64,000 nucleotides of DNA, from positions 31,894,453 to 31,958,452 of the forward strand of contig NC_068982.1 of assembly GCF_001194135.2 (NCBI RefSeq), written 5' to 3'. The notes under the pieces are model-generated. The model saw nothing but the letters and a program-made list of their open reading frames with translations, was not told the origin of the DNA and ran no database searches. Shown piece after piece: positions 50,143 to 62,929 of this stretch (its first letter is position 1; each line of letters opens with the position of its first letter). The position numbers and the translations under genes are program-made. The DNA comes from Octopus bimaculoides (taxonomy: Eukaryota).

Positions 50143-51522
50143 CATTACTTCAATCAACTGTTACTGTGTAACAGAAATTTCTCTCTATACCATCACTCCC
50201 TTTCGCAATTGATAATAGATTGCGGGTAAATATAGAACAGAAAATTTTTCCTGGCTAGTTCAGAGTTATCCAGGTAACTTATGAAATTTTATAGCAGAAT
50301 CTGCAAAGGTTTACTGTTTGCGTAATGACGCCCAAAAACATACAGGCCATGTTTTAGACTAGTTGGTTGAATATAGATTAGTCTAATGTACATGGAACAT
50401 TTGATCTAAGCTTTATGAAGTCTTCATTTTATTTTTACTTATGTATTTCTTTCTAAACAACATCAGTTGTTCCTTCATCACACCACTAAAAGTAAATCAT
50501 ATCATCACATAGAGTGGAAGCTACTGAAATAATCATCAAACGGATTTGTCTGCAGAATATTTATGCTCAACATTTTATGTATTATATTTTTAATAAAACT
50601 TTTTTGTGCCATTGATATGATTTTTTTAAGCATTGCATTAACACTAATCCACAAAATATTCATGAGAACCAGTCTGAAAAGGTCACCTATATAACCGAAT
50701 CATTTGTTAACTTTTTATGGCATTTCAGAGTATTGGAACATCAATTTCAATAGATATGTTTGAATAAACAGGAACACATTTTCAATCCTTTCTATATAAA
50801 GATAACTACTGATTGTAGAAAAGAATAAAGTATTTAAAAAAAACGTGATATATATATATATACACTATTCCACCAAGAAAAAAGAGAAAACAGGTAAAAT
50901 TATCTCATGACGAAAGAGGAAATAAAAAAGACAAGGAAAAATAGAATATATTTAGACAAACATTTTAAACTGCTCTAACTCCATTAAAAATACTTTTGAA
51001 CTTAAATACCAAATTTTGTGAAGAGGGAAATACAAAAAGAAAATAAGAGTGAAAGCCAAATAGGTAGAAAGAAAACGAGAGAAAGAAAAGAGTGAGAGGA
51101 CCCCAGATAAAGAGAAAATTAGAGTGATATACAGAGAGAAGTGCTAAACACACAAAGCTAAACAAGTTCAAAATATAGTATCAGCATCATTAAATAAATC
51201 TATTCTTGGTTTTGAATACAAAAAATAAATAAATTAAATACAATAAACTAAAGAAAGAAAATTTATACGACATAAATAGTCTATTTACTTTTGAGAACAA
51301 TTATATTTGATACATCACTTTGAATGCCCATTATTTTATATTTGCTGTGTACACTTTAGATATTTTCTAATAGACACTGATATCTGTTATAAAAAACTAA
51401 AACATAAATCATATTGATAAATCATACAAACATAAATGAATATATGTACGTATTTATGTATGTGTAAATATATGTATGTATTTATGCGTATATATGTATA
51501 TGTATATATATATATGTATATG

Positions 51523-51570
<48 letters not shown>

Positions 51571-52817
51571 TTATAGAAAATGTGGTATCTATTACATTAT
51601 TTATAATTGGTCCAAATGCTAGAGATGAATTGTTGCTTTGAATTTTCCAGAAAATGTTATCTTTATTACTATATTTAGTTTGGCTTTCTATATTGAGTTT
51701 TGTTTAAGTTCTCAATATATCTCTTTACATTCATGCACACACATAAATTCACTTACAAACAATTACATACTTACTATCATATAAATATGTGCTTGATATA
51801 CGTATGAAAATGTAAATTATAAATGAATATAAATCAAAATATCAAATGTTAGAGTATGCATGTATGAGTTTTTTTGTTTGTGGATTTAAAACGTGTTTTT
51901 TGCCCTAGTTCAGTTACATCTGTATGTGAGAAGATATATGTATATATATTTATTTATCTAGGATTGCAGCCGATTGATGTTATAAATATTGCTTCCAGAG
52001 GGATCAATGATTTTCAGGAACATTAACCAAGAGAGGAATTAATGTTGTAGAACATTTGAAGAATTTGCATGACCATTTTTTTTTTTTTAGATCACAGGGA
52101 GTAAATCTGCCTATCAATATTCTTGGCCTAGAATCTGTCATTAATTCATTAATAACACGTGGATCCAACAGAGAATCTACATAAAACGCTCAGCTAACTC
52201 AATATATGTAAGCTAAATGCAATGGAAGACTAATTATTCTAATTCTGGAATTCTGGGTCTAATGTGGTAAACAATACAAGCATGACATTGTCACATGGAC
52301 TCTAACAGAAAATTTTTTTGATCAACCAAAAAGTAGTGTGACATATTATTTAGGTGTGAGTCACTAGAAATGATAATACTAAATGATATTAAGCATAAAG
52401 CAACTGATGCGCTGTTCTATAGCATAGTGGCATGAGTAGAGATCGTTTAATTCCTGGTCAACGATATTATTTCATATGATATATAGGGAAAATTAACTAT
52501 GAGAGCATTCTTTCGTGATTAGCTCTTGCAAAGTGCTCACCTTACTAACCTAGCATGACATATAATTTAAACAAGTGCAGACTGGTACTTTTTTCCATCC
52601 TGATTATCTTAATCTGTGCTCCACTTACATCCTAACTACAAAAGAGTATCGGTAAAGCAAGAAACTACTCATGAACAGTAAAACCTGTGTTCACTCAGAT
52701 ACTCATACGCGATGCTCTTACACAAACACGGTGGAAATATAAAATGATATATCATGAAGAAAAAATAGAATTGATAATGTGAAATGGAAGACTACAGACA
52801 ATCATTAAGTTAAATAT

Positions 52818-53942
52818 TGGGTTATCCCATAAATACGTCTTTTAGTTTTCAAAATTAAGGTAAACAAAGTTCTTTTTTAATCTAAACTATACTCTACTTC
52901 ATTTTCTACAATGCTCTTCCATTTATCTGGTACACTTTCAAGGCCTCTATTCCAAAATTCACTTGTTCGTGACGAGAAATACTCCTCTAGTACTGTTCTG
53001 ACCTCGTTTAGAGAATTCATATTTTTTTCCGTCCAAATGATTTTGAAGACTGCGGAATAAATAATAATCACCTAGGTCACCTCCGGTGAATATGGAGGGT
53101 GGGACATCGTTTCTCATTCAAACTTCTTCAGTCTTTGGAATATCATCCTCGCTGTATGTGGCCAAGCATTATCTTGATGGAAGAACACCTTTCGTCTTGA
53201 AATCGAAGATGGTCGTTTTTCTTCTAGCGCTGACTTACGCCGCTTCAGCTACTGCCTGATTTCTTTTGTTCTCGTTTGTTTTGGGTTTAAAAGTTCAAAG
53301 TGAACTAAATATTTCTTATCCTACCGAACAGAAAACACACTTTATGTGGGTGAAGACCTTCCTTAACCTGGGATCCCGGTGCTTCTCCTCTCCCTATCCA
53401 CTGGAAAGTTTGTGAGGAACCCAGTGACCCAATTTCCTGACTTTTCCGATGGCACGCGAGTGTCAATGATTGGTTGAATGACCAGATCCAAGCTTCTCTG
53501 CTAGATCCTCAATAGTTACGATGGGATTTTGTTCCATCAAGGTTTGCAGGATATCCTCGTCAAGCTCTACAGATCTTCCAGGACGAAGCTCGTCTTCTAG
53601 ACTGTCGATTCCGGCTCGGAAGTTTTTGAACCACCGTTGACACTGGCTTGCACTTACTGTCTGATCCTCATATATGCACTTTCTGTTGCGTTGTTGCGTT
53701 TATTGAACTCAAAAAGTAAAATATGCAGAATATGCTCCTTTTCAAGTCCATTATAGCTTTGAAAAAATAACTGTTAAAACTCTTCAAACCTGTTAAACTC
53801 TTCAAAACTTGCACTGAGAATAAGTACAAGGTAACATTACTACCTACTTTTATAGCAAGTTCACGCAAGCAGTTTATCCCGCCCCCCCCGACTGTTAGTT
53901 CATGCAACTGAAAAAACTGCATTATTTATGGGATGACCCTAC
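52818..53942 (-). mobile_element. Mariner (DD34D) transposon with both TIRs, decayed; same family as 38885-39918
   Basis: Left TA|TTGGGTTATCCCATAAATA, right GCATTATTTATGGGATGACCC; minus frames WVPHKL, FHQDNAWPH, NSLNEVRTVLEEYFSSRTSEFW. Confidence 0.93.
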
Positions 53943-54304
53943 AAGCTACAATTTTAAATTTTGTATTAATAATTAGAATTTAGTGTAAACATTTGGGTCT
54001 CCAGTTTTGTCTTATACTTGTTATCATGTTGTTATTTTGTTGTTTTATCTCCCTGTCACCAAGCCATCATGTCTGGTGTAATTTTGGAATTTCTGTTTGT
54101 TGTGTATTGTGTTATAATCTACATGCTGTTACATATTACTTCTTGATAAAAATGATAATCTTCTTTACATCTTACTGTATCTGAAAATAGAAAAGAGCAT
54201 ATTGGACAATCTTGTTCTACTTGCCTCTAAAACAACGAATGATTATTGCTAAGATACACTTCGTCTTACTTCTGCGCCAAGAAATATAACCGCAATTTAA
54301 ACAA

Positions 54305-54460
54305 TACGTTGAGTTCAAATTCCGCCGAGATCGACTTTTCTTTTCATCCTTTCGGAGTCGATAAATTAAGTACCAATTGCGTACTAGGTTCGATCTAATC
54401 GATTGCCCCTCCCTCGCTCCCCAAAACTTTCGAGCTTTGTGCCAAGAGTAGAAAAGAATA
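54305..54460 (+). mobile_element. SINE family 1 lacking the A-box region
   Basis: GAGTTCAAATTCCGCCGAGATCGAC...CCTTTCGGAGTCGATAAATTAAGTACC...GTGCCAAGAGTAGAAAAGAAT. Confidence 0.9.
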
Positions 54461-54755
54461 TTTCAATATACCGTGTGTCTTCGTAACGCTTATGTCTTCA
54501 TCATAAAATGTAATGTCATTCTTAGCCATATTTTGAACTCAAAATTTAAATGCAAAATACGCATTAGCCGAAAACCAAATTATACTAGAAACTTCATACA
54601 GACCAGACTGTAGTTGTCTAGGTAGACAACAACAATCCATCTATATTGGTAAAGTGATTACATTTCACCGATAAAATATCTACATCATTTGATCAATAAT
54701 TAAGTGAATACCATTTATACATGCAGAATGACAGATGCATGTGGGCATAGCGATA

Positions 54756-54789
<34 letters not shown>

Positions 54790-55081
54790 TATATATTTAT
54801 ATTTATATTTATATATTTATATATTTGATCCTTTATATTGAACACTCAATATTTCATCTACATTCAATACTTTCTTTCATGGTGCCATCCATTTTTATTT
54901 TATTTTATTTTATATTATATATTGTATATTCCATATTCTATACCCCACATTGGTTCTGCAGGAATATAAATAAAACATAAAAAACAGACAGTGTTGGAAC
55001 TCTTTTAAACTAAATAATATATTCTTCTATACACAATCATACAAAAAACCCACCTTTTTTGTATTTATTTTTACTCGCATA

Positions 55082-55123
<42 letters not shown>

Positions 55124-56639
55124 CGTATGTGTATGTATGTATATATATATATATTTAGACCTTGACAGAGAGAAGAGGAGATACATGTAGACACAAAGAG
55201 CATGATGAAGAAATGATGCGAAACAGAAAGATGAAATGTCTTTTATTTAAGAACACGTAAATGGAGCATTGACTCAAATTTGGTAGAAATATGGTATAGA
55301 GAAATAATTTATATAGGAACATACCTTAAGAAAAATAAGCAAACTTAATAACATAGATGAAACATATTTATGGAAACAGAATTAAGAAATTCTAATTAAA
55401 AGAATATTTCCACGGAATTTATTGGTTTCAATCAAATCAATCATCGTAAGTCTAATCCAACCTTGAAAATTAATCAAATATTTGATATCATTCTATAAAA
55501 TACTATAAAATACTCGTTCATAAATTATCCAAACAATATATTAATTATCTACATCAGATATTATGCGGAGGTTAAATATAGAGAAAATGACAGATGAGAT
55601 GAAGCAAATAACATCCGTAAAGGGTGAGTAAACTTTAATAAAATTATGCAAAACACAAAGACGTATGCCAAAGAATTCAGATTTGATATTTTAGATAAAG
55701 GAAGAAAATTTATTATTCATTTTGTTTTGTACAACTAAAATCTGTTTTAATACATAGATTTAGTGCTACAACCAAAGACTGTAGCACCAAAGCCTTGCAG
55801 TTTATTGAATGGTACAATTACTATTTAACATAGCAAAGTACTCCTGAATTAAATAGAATTCTTACATTATGAATACGAGTATCTCTCATAAGTTACTTGA
55901 CCAGTGAGAAATAACTTAGGAATCCTCCCCAAAGCAGGAGCTACTTTCTGAAAAAAATGCAACGCACATTACTTCATGCAGTCATAGTCGATAAACAATA
56001 ACAAAAGACAATGTTCACAGAGGCAGGCGCTTTGAGAATACATTTTTTGTTCATGGGGCACTTAACACGAATCAACTATGTTAGCAACAACTTTATTTAT
56101 GCATCATATTAGACAGTAAAATAGTGTCGTTAGTTGGTGCTACACACAAAACATATAGAAGAAATATGAAATATTTGTCTATGATTTAAGCAGCTTACAG
56201 GTCCAGATATACTAAGTAATAAATTAATTCTATACTAAACAAACAGGAAAACTTTGTACTGAAATGAAAAACTCTGATCATATGTGAATTAATTGAAACC
56301 ATTTTAAGATAATTGAATCGAATTAGTAAGGTTAAATAAGTTTCATAAATTTGACAAAAATAAATCATAAACTATTTGATTATAAACATCTTACTTTTAG
56401 AAATATTTCTTGATTAAAAGGGAACAAACTTCAGAGTTAATTTCTTTCAAGAATATATTACCACACTAATGAAATCAGTTAACGTAAATTCTTGTTATTT
56501 ATATATTCTACGATGGGAGAAACTCGATGGCTGGGATAGGAAGTGGACAAAGAGTTAATCACCCTTCTGTTACTTCTCCTCAACCACATTCTTACTACAA
56601 TCACTTTCAAGTATCGTACTCTCGCTCCATCATTTTTCT

Positions 56640-56855
56640 TTTCTCGGGCTGACAGAATTGTTAGCACGCCTGGCAAAATGCTTAGCGGCATTGGGTCCGT
56701 CCATACATTCTGAATTCAAATTACGCCGGAGTCGACTTTGCTTTTCATCCTTTCGGGATGGATAAAATAAGTATCAGTTGAACACTGGGGTCGATTTAAT
56801 CGATGCAGCCCTAACCTCAAACCTGCTGGCCTTGTGCCAAAATTTGAAACCATTA
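56640..56855 (+). mobile_element. SINE family 1, full length
   Basis: GGCTGACAGAATTGTTAGCACGCC head to GGCCTTGTGCCAAAATTTGAAACCATT tail. Confidence 0.92.
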
Positions 56856-57714
56856 CATTTCTTCTTAGTCACACTTTTACTCCAGTTACTTTTTCTGTGC
56901 TTTATAACACCCTTATGTTGTTTACAATTCATCATTATCTTCTTACAAGTAATCTCAGTTAGTCCACCTGCTTCATTAAGTTATTAATTGACGACATTCT
57001 AATAGTGGGATTTCGGCCGTTGTCTTCGACGATTTCTGCATTATAGCTTTTGATATCCCAATAACTTCCATAATTTTCAGTGGTCCTACTCAACGCAATG
57101 CGATTATTTTAGCACAAACTCAACGCTAGATCGACCTGCAAGTTGCAAGATCTCCTTACTGAAGATGTCATCACACTAGAAAAAAGTTCATTATAGATCG
57201 TAAAAGACACAAATATTCTCTCATCGGATTTTTGATTTATCAGAGAAAGGGTGTGTAGTTTTCAGCAGAATACGACAAGAAAGATAATTCTAATGTACGA
57301 ATCACTTTAGGTCTTCAGAGTTTCATGTCACAATTTCCTAAATCGTCAATTGAGTTGCCTGAAAGCGACCGCCGATGAATATTTGCAGCACTGAACTCCG
57401 CTTTCATGTTGTCGTCCCAAAGATTAACGCTCATACATCCATACTACTCCAGCAGACAGAGAGACTGATTCGCAGTTATAATAGTCTGATATCCATATCC
57501 CAACCCTACAAGTTTAGGTTGGCGTATGATTTCAGTGATCTTTGCATTTTGTGATCCGACCAAATCTACATCTGCACATTCGAACAGGCATAAAAGTAGT
57601 CTGCATTATTTTCAAGAGAAAGGACCGCGTGGGCTGAGTCATCTTTTCATAGATTCAACTGTGCTAACTTCAGCTGCTCACATGTGAGTGCACAGCAATA
57701 CAATGTATCCCTCT

Positions 57715-57861
<147 letters not shown>

Positions 57862-57919
57862 GTATTGTATTTATGTATTTACGAAAGTATGCATGCAGCC
57901 TCGCGTGTATATGACAGCT

Positions 57920-58090
57920 AAAGTAACGTCTGTCTTTACGTTCTGAGTTCAAATTGCGCCGACGTCGACTTTGCCTTTCATTCTTTCCGGGTCAATACAT
58001 TAAGCATCAGTCATTTACTAGGGTCGATCTAATCGACTGGCCTCTTCGCCCAAAATTTTGGGCCTTGTGCCTAGAGTAAGAAAGAATATT
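57920..58090 (+). mobile_element. SINE family 1, 5'-truncated
   Basis: CTTTACGTTCTGAGTTCAAATT...GTCGACTTTGCCTTTCATTC...GGCCTTGTGCCTAGAGTAAGAAAGAAT. Confidence 0.9.
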
Positions 58091-58917
58091 GCTGTTTGAT
58101 GATACATTACTGCTATTGCGGATATCAAGTCTAGATATCACCGGGACCGCTTCAGCCGCGCATCGGTTTCATACTGGACAGTTATTTATCTTGCAAGAGC
58201 AACCTGCCTCCTCCCTTGTATCGAGTATCAACATCCAGCCTTGAAATTAGTTTCATTTATTTTTTTTCAACCAAATAACTACTTCAAAGAAATATATAAC
58301 GATTATCACCTTACTTTGGCTAGTTCATACCTATGATAAACGGCATATAATATAACACGAAAATGTACAGACTAAATTTTGTATAATTTTACCAATATTT
58401 AAATATGCTTCAAATGCAAAAATCAATAATAACTACAGAAACAGGAAGAACTAGAGGTTACCCATCAATTATTCAGTTTCCAATTATAGTTCAAATGGTA
58501 ATTTATTATTTGCAATACTAGTTGATTATTCATTCAACACATAATCACTGTAGCCAGTAATTTGTCAATTTGTGTAACATATTCTTTATTCTGCATATAA
58601 AATGTTGCATTCAATTTAGATAATAATATAATTTAGATGACATCATCCAATCTGTTCAAATTTATTAGCGCTCCTATCCTATGAGTATTCCTTAGTTTTG
58701 TCCTTTTGCGTCATTAGCAAGAGATTTCATTCAAGTTTATTTCATTCAATTTTCTAATGGAGTGTTTTATTTGACATTTTCATTATTTCTTGTTATCTGA
58801 GTAGCTCATATAAATACCTGTTTATTTCAGGCAATAAACTTTTATCAAAATACATTTGTTTATATATTTCGAGACCAATATTTGTATTATGTTGATTACT
58901 ACATTTGCCAATATTTT

Positions 58918-58990
58918 CAGCAGCAACAACAGCAAGGGCATCATCATTATCATCATCGTCATCGTCGTCATCGTCGTCATCATCATCATC
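58918..58990. repeat. (CAG/CAA)n-(CAT/CGT)n trinucleotide tract
   Basis: Directly visible; no supporting splice sites. Confidence 0.9.
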
Positions 58991-59147
58991 TCACCAGAAA
59001 TCTTATAAACGGTATTTTTACCAACTTCAACGTCATTCTTAGCTTTCTTGTCCTGCCGCCGACTGTTTTATTAATGAGATCATTTATTTACACATAATAT
59101 ACCAGTATTTACAACAGTCGAGTACTAGGAGCTGTATTATATCTTAC

Positions 59148-59384
59148 CAGTAGAGAGTCATGAATATATGTTGCTTTTTGGCTAAGAATTTAACGGCTAC
59201 TTTTTCATGTTGTGAGAAGTGGGAAAATAATATGTTCATATTAGATAATGGATTCCTTTTAAACCAGGGAACAACAGTGCCTATGAAATCTGTCTTTTCT
59301 CGGAACACCGGTGTCTTTCCCTGATTGTACACTGTTTCTGTAATTATAGCCATGTTTTGACGGGGAAGATCATGGAAAATTATA
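59148..59384 (-). CDS. Candidate coding exon B (SIIFHDLPRQNMAIITETVYNQGKTPVFREKTDFIGTVVPWFKRNPLSNMNILFSHFSQHEKVAVKFLAKKQHIFMTLY); family uncertain, possibly Venus-flytrap/ANF-receptor-like
   Basis: 237 nt, phase 2-2, acceptor CACATTTTCTAG| (alternative TATTTCAG| at 59412), donor CTG|GTAAGA; in frame with exon A. Confidence 0.6.
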
Positions 59385-60511
59385 CTAGAAAATGTGGGTC
59401 GAATGATCACAGCTGAAATAGGATTGATTAGAATTCAGGACAAGTCGCTTGATATCATGAGGCCTATTTCTCATAATTCGGTTCTGGCGATTTCGATATT
59501 AAACTCGACTGCGACACTAGCATAACTGACATTCAGTGAGTAGAAATATTTCAGAATGTATTAAAGACTTCTCTTTAAAGTATCCACGTGCATCCATGTG
59601 GGACATGCAGATATTTATAATTGTAATTGATATTTATAATTAACGACATTTATATTTATATTTATAAGTAACGACAGAAATATATGTATTAAACTAGTTT
59701 ATTCTTTTCAGCTATGACACGAAAATTAAATTGATTTCCAGTTGGAATTTGTGTGAGCTCTTAATTTTGCATATCTCATCTAATCTTTGATTACTGTATT
59801 TTCAAATAATTTTCTATCTGAGTGAATCTCAATCTAAGTGAATCTGTGACTACTAATTATGCAATAATTTTAGTTACTTAAATTTTATTAAGTAACATGG
59901 TGTGGTTTAATGTACAAGGAGCAATAGATAAATAGAAGTTATGTATTTATGTTGCAGCAATACTAAGCGTAAACTGAAAAACAGATTATATTATATTTTA
60001 GGTAACATTTTAGACGATATTAGCAAAAGTTTACATTGCAGAGGAATTCAATGTTCATCAATATATTAGCTTCAAATTTCCTTGCCACAATGACTTAGAT
60101 ATTCACCAACACTTCACAATGTGAAATTAGAAATAAAATCAATTATTAGTACTTTTAGATTTCGAAATGGTCGTTTTGTTTTCTGCCAAATAAACACACG
60201 CGGTATATACTCGTTCTTCACTTCATATTTATTATTGTTCTTATTTTACTGTCCTTTATCTTAAATCTTTCGTCACACATACTGTGACCTCTTCAACTAC
60301 TCTCCATCCCACATACTTCCTCCTGAAGGAAAATGAGCATATAGTGCATGTGTTCACTTGACAAAAAATGGTCATTCAAAAATATATCAAAATATGTTTC
60401 AATACACGATTTCACATCAGGAATCTTGCACAAATAAATATACAAACGTAATAATTATTAGTAACTATATAAAAAAAATACAGATATCCCTCTAAATAAA
60501 TAAGAACTCAC

Positions 60512-60553
60512 CTCATAATTTTTAGTCGGGTCTTGTAATTTTTGCAAGGACAG
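60512..60553 (-). CDS. Candidate coding exon A (CPCKNYKTRLKIM)
   Basis: 42 nt, acceptor CTCTTTTACTTTCAG|, donor GAG|GTGAGT; the phase-2 frame is open and joins exon B as AG|T (Ser). Confidence 0.6.
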
Positions 60554-60670
60554 CTGAAAGTAAAAGAGTATTTCAAGGTAGTAAAAAGATAAGATAATTA
60601 TAATACGCTAATTGAATTTCACTAACACATGTCAATATTAATTGACCAGATATTCAAAAGATGGCCTTAC

Positions 60671-60742
60671 TTTGCTTCTTGCAAATAATTCAGTGTTGTT
60701 AGCAGTTTGACATTTGTTCATTGTAATTTAGCATTTGCAGCA
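60671..60742 (-). other. Candidate 72-nt cassette exon C with one in-frame TGA (AANAKLQ*TNVKLLTTLNYLQEA)
   Basis: Acceptor TTATCTTTTTTTCCTTTTGCTACCTCAG|, donor AAA|GTAAGG; symmetric; stops in all frames but only a single TGA in the phase-2 frame of its neighbours. Confidence 0.5.
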
Positions 60743-61740
60743 CTGAGGTAGCAAAAGGAAAAAAAGATAAACATATGCACATGCACAAAAATACACTCAA
60801 TTATGTCTTTATGTAATGGAGCTTATGTAAGTATATCTAAGTGAATAATTGAGGAATTGCCAACAACTTCTCATCTCCTATCACATCACTTCTTCCACCA
60901 GTTTCCACTTTAAAGCAATGTAATAGAATTAACTGATACATCACATCAGTCCATGCACCAACCTCTTCTCTAAATTAATAAAATAAAAGTAACTGTATCT
61001 CACACCTCCTTTTATACCAACATTTCTCTAAAGGAATAAAATTATGTGAAAGAATGAAAGAGGCAGACGGACAGAGATTGAGAGAAACACTTTTCCTGGC
61101 CGATGCACCTGGTCTATCAGCTGCATTGCTGTCTAAGATAATCTTTCTCATAAAAAGAATGTCAATATATGGCGGCAGGGCTCAGTGTTCAACAAAGAAG
61201 CTTCTACCTGGTCCCTCCATCTGCTCTAAATAGCAGTTAAGTATATGTCAGTTCACAGCATACCGCGTAAAATGAAGTATATTGAGCGCGTTTTATTTCT
61301 TAATAAAGAGACAAGAATATCACAAATGGAAAGTTTTTCATCATATCATTCTCCGATCAGAACTACTTTGTGGCTGTACAATTACAAACATTCACTTGGT
61401 GCAAACGAAGAAACGCTTCTGAGAATTCTTCTGACCTGTTAAAACAGTAGCTAAATATCTCCGAGATCACCCCTCCTCTTAAACTTGTCTCACATTAGAA
61501 ACGTTGACTAACATAGTCAATACTGAACATAGAACATAGAACATAGAACATAGAAATAATTCATTCTCATACACACATACACACATGCTCACTCAAATAT
61601 AAATATGTAGGGTTGCTACCTGTGTGTGTGTGCGTACGTATGACTTAGAAAAAAACGAAAGTCATTCATTCTTTATTAGTGTTCTCATATTCCAAATATG
61701 TGAAATCTACTATTCCAGAGATGCTATGAATTCTTCTTAC

Positions 61741-62117
61741 TTTCTCTTATCTAAGCAATCCAAAGCCTTCACACCGTTGGTCGAAGAAGTATTATATGAA
61801 TCAATAAGTAAAAGTATACAAATGTGCGTAAACTGTCCTGGGAAAATAGGTTTGAGAAATGTCTGTAAACTAAATAAATCAGAGATACCATTTGTATAAG
61901 AAATAGTAGGAAAATTTAGTGTTGTAATGCATATGATACAACGGAACAAACTGGAAATTATTGTCCCATGAGGAGAATGACAGATATTTCCATGTTCAAA
62001 CAAGAACAGGAGACAATTTGGGAAAAATATTTGTCTTCCATCTTTTGTGCAAATTACAGTTCTACTGTAGTTGTTGACGTAGTAATAGGTGAAGTACTGT
62101 TTTGTATATAAGGCTTC
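61741..62117 (-). CDS. Candidate coding exon D (EALYTKQYF...GQFTHICILLLIDSYNTSSTNGVKALDCLDKR); 5' boundary uncertain
   Basis: 125 open codons ending AGA AA|GTAAGA (phase 2). Possible acceptors: TTCTACATAG| (62117), TTTACAG| or the strong TATTTTCCCAG| further in. Confidence 0.45.
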
Positions 62118-62929
62118 CTATGTAGAATAATTTGTTTTGTCGGAAACAAAGAAATGTCGAAATTTTTGGAAATAATCATTCTTCGGAAAGAGATTATTTT
62201 TGTTATTGGTAGTCACAAATGCAATGTCCGTAAGTAGTGAGATTGAGGAAAATCATGATGGAGACTTAAAGAGGAGATGGCGAGGAAAGAAAATGAATAT
62301 TTAAGATAGGATGAGGCTAAAACTAAGGATAGGAGATAAGTAACAATAACGCTGACAAACTTTAAGAAAACCATGTAGTGTTGACATTTGGAGAACAGAA
62401 GAGATAATTTGATCTATATAGGCACCTATGTGGGGGTGTGGGGGGGGGGGGGGNNNNNNNNNNNNNNNNNNNNNNNNNNNNNNNNNNNNNNNNNNNNNNN
62501 NNNNNNNNNNNNNNNNNNNNNNNNNNNNNNNNNNNNNNNNNNNNNNNNNNNNNNNNNNNNNNNNNNNNNNNNNNNNNNNNNNNNNNNNNNNNNNNNNNNN
62601 NNNNNNNNNNNNNNNNNNNNNNNNNNNNNNNNNNNNNNNNNNNNNNNNNNNNNNNNNNNNNNNNNNNNNNNNNNNNNNNNNNNNNNNNNNNNNNNNNNNN
62701 NNNNNNNNNNNNNNNNNNNNNNNNNNNNNNNNNNNNNNNNNNNNNNNNNNNNNNNNNNNNNNNNNNNNNNNNNNNNNNNNNNNNNNNNNNNNNNNNNNNN
62801 NNNNNNNNNNNNNNNNNNNNNNNNNNNNNNNNNNNNNNNNNNNNNNNNNNNNNNNNNNNNNNNNNNNNNNNNNNNNNNNNNNNNNNNNTATATATATATA
62901 TACATATATATATGTATGTGTGTGTATAT

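Noticed and set aside
58918-58990. Poly-Q/poly-H (or antisense poly-D) tract as a transcription-factor exon
   Set aside because: Simple trinucleotide repeat with no flanking splice sites or domain.
59148-59412. TGF-beta propeptide assignment for exon B (D....V..W.K.NP.SN..I resembles myostatin-type prodomains)
   Set aside because: No downstream RXXR site or cysteine-knot exon was found in the window, and the exon structure does not match; kept only as an alternative to test by profile search.
60671-60742. Calling the locus a selenoprotein gene
   Set aside because: No redox CxxU/UxxC context and no SECIS element identified; the 3' UTR is unknown. Left as one option in the finding, not as a feature.
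61624-61899. Plus-strand 91-aa ORF
   Set aside because: It is the antisense shadow of the minus-strand exon D frame, begins in a (TG)n repeat with a non-ATG start, and lacks phase-compatible partners.
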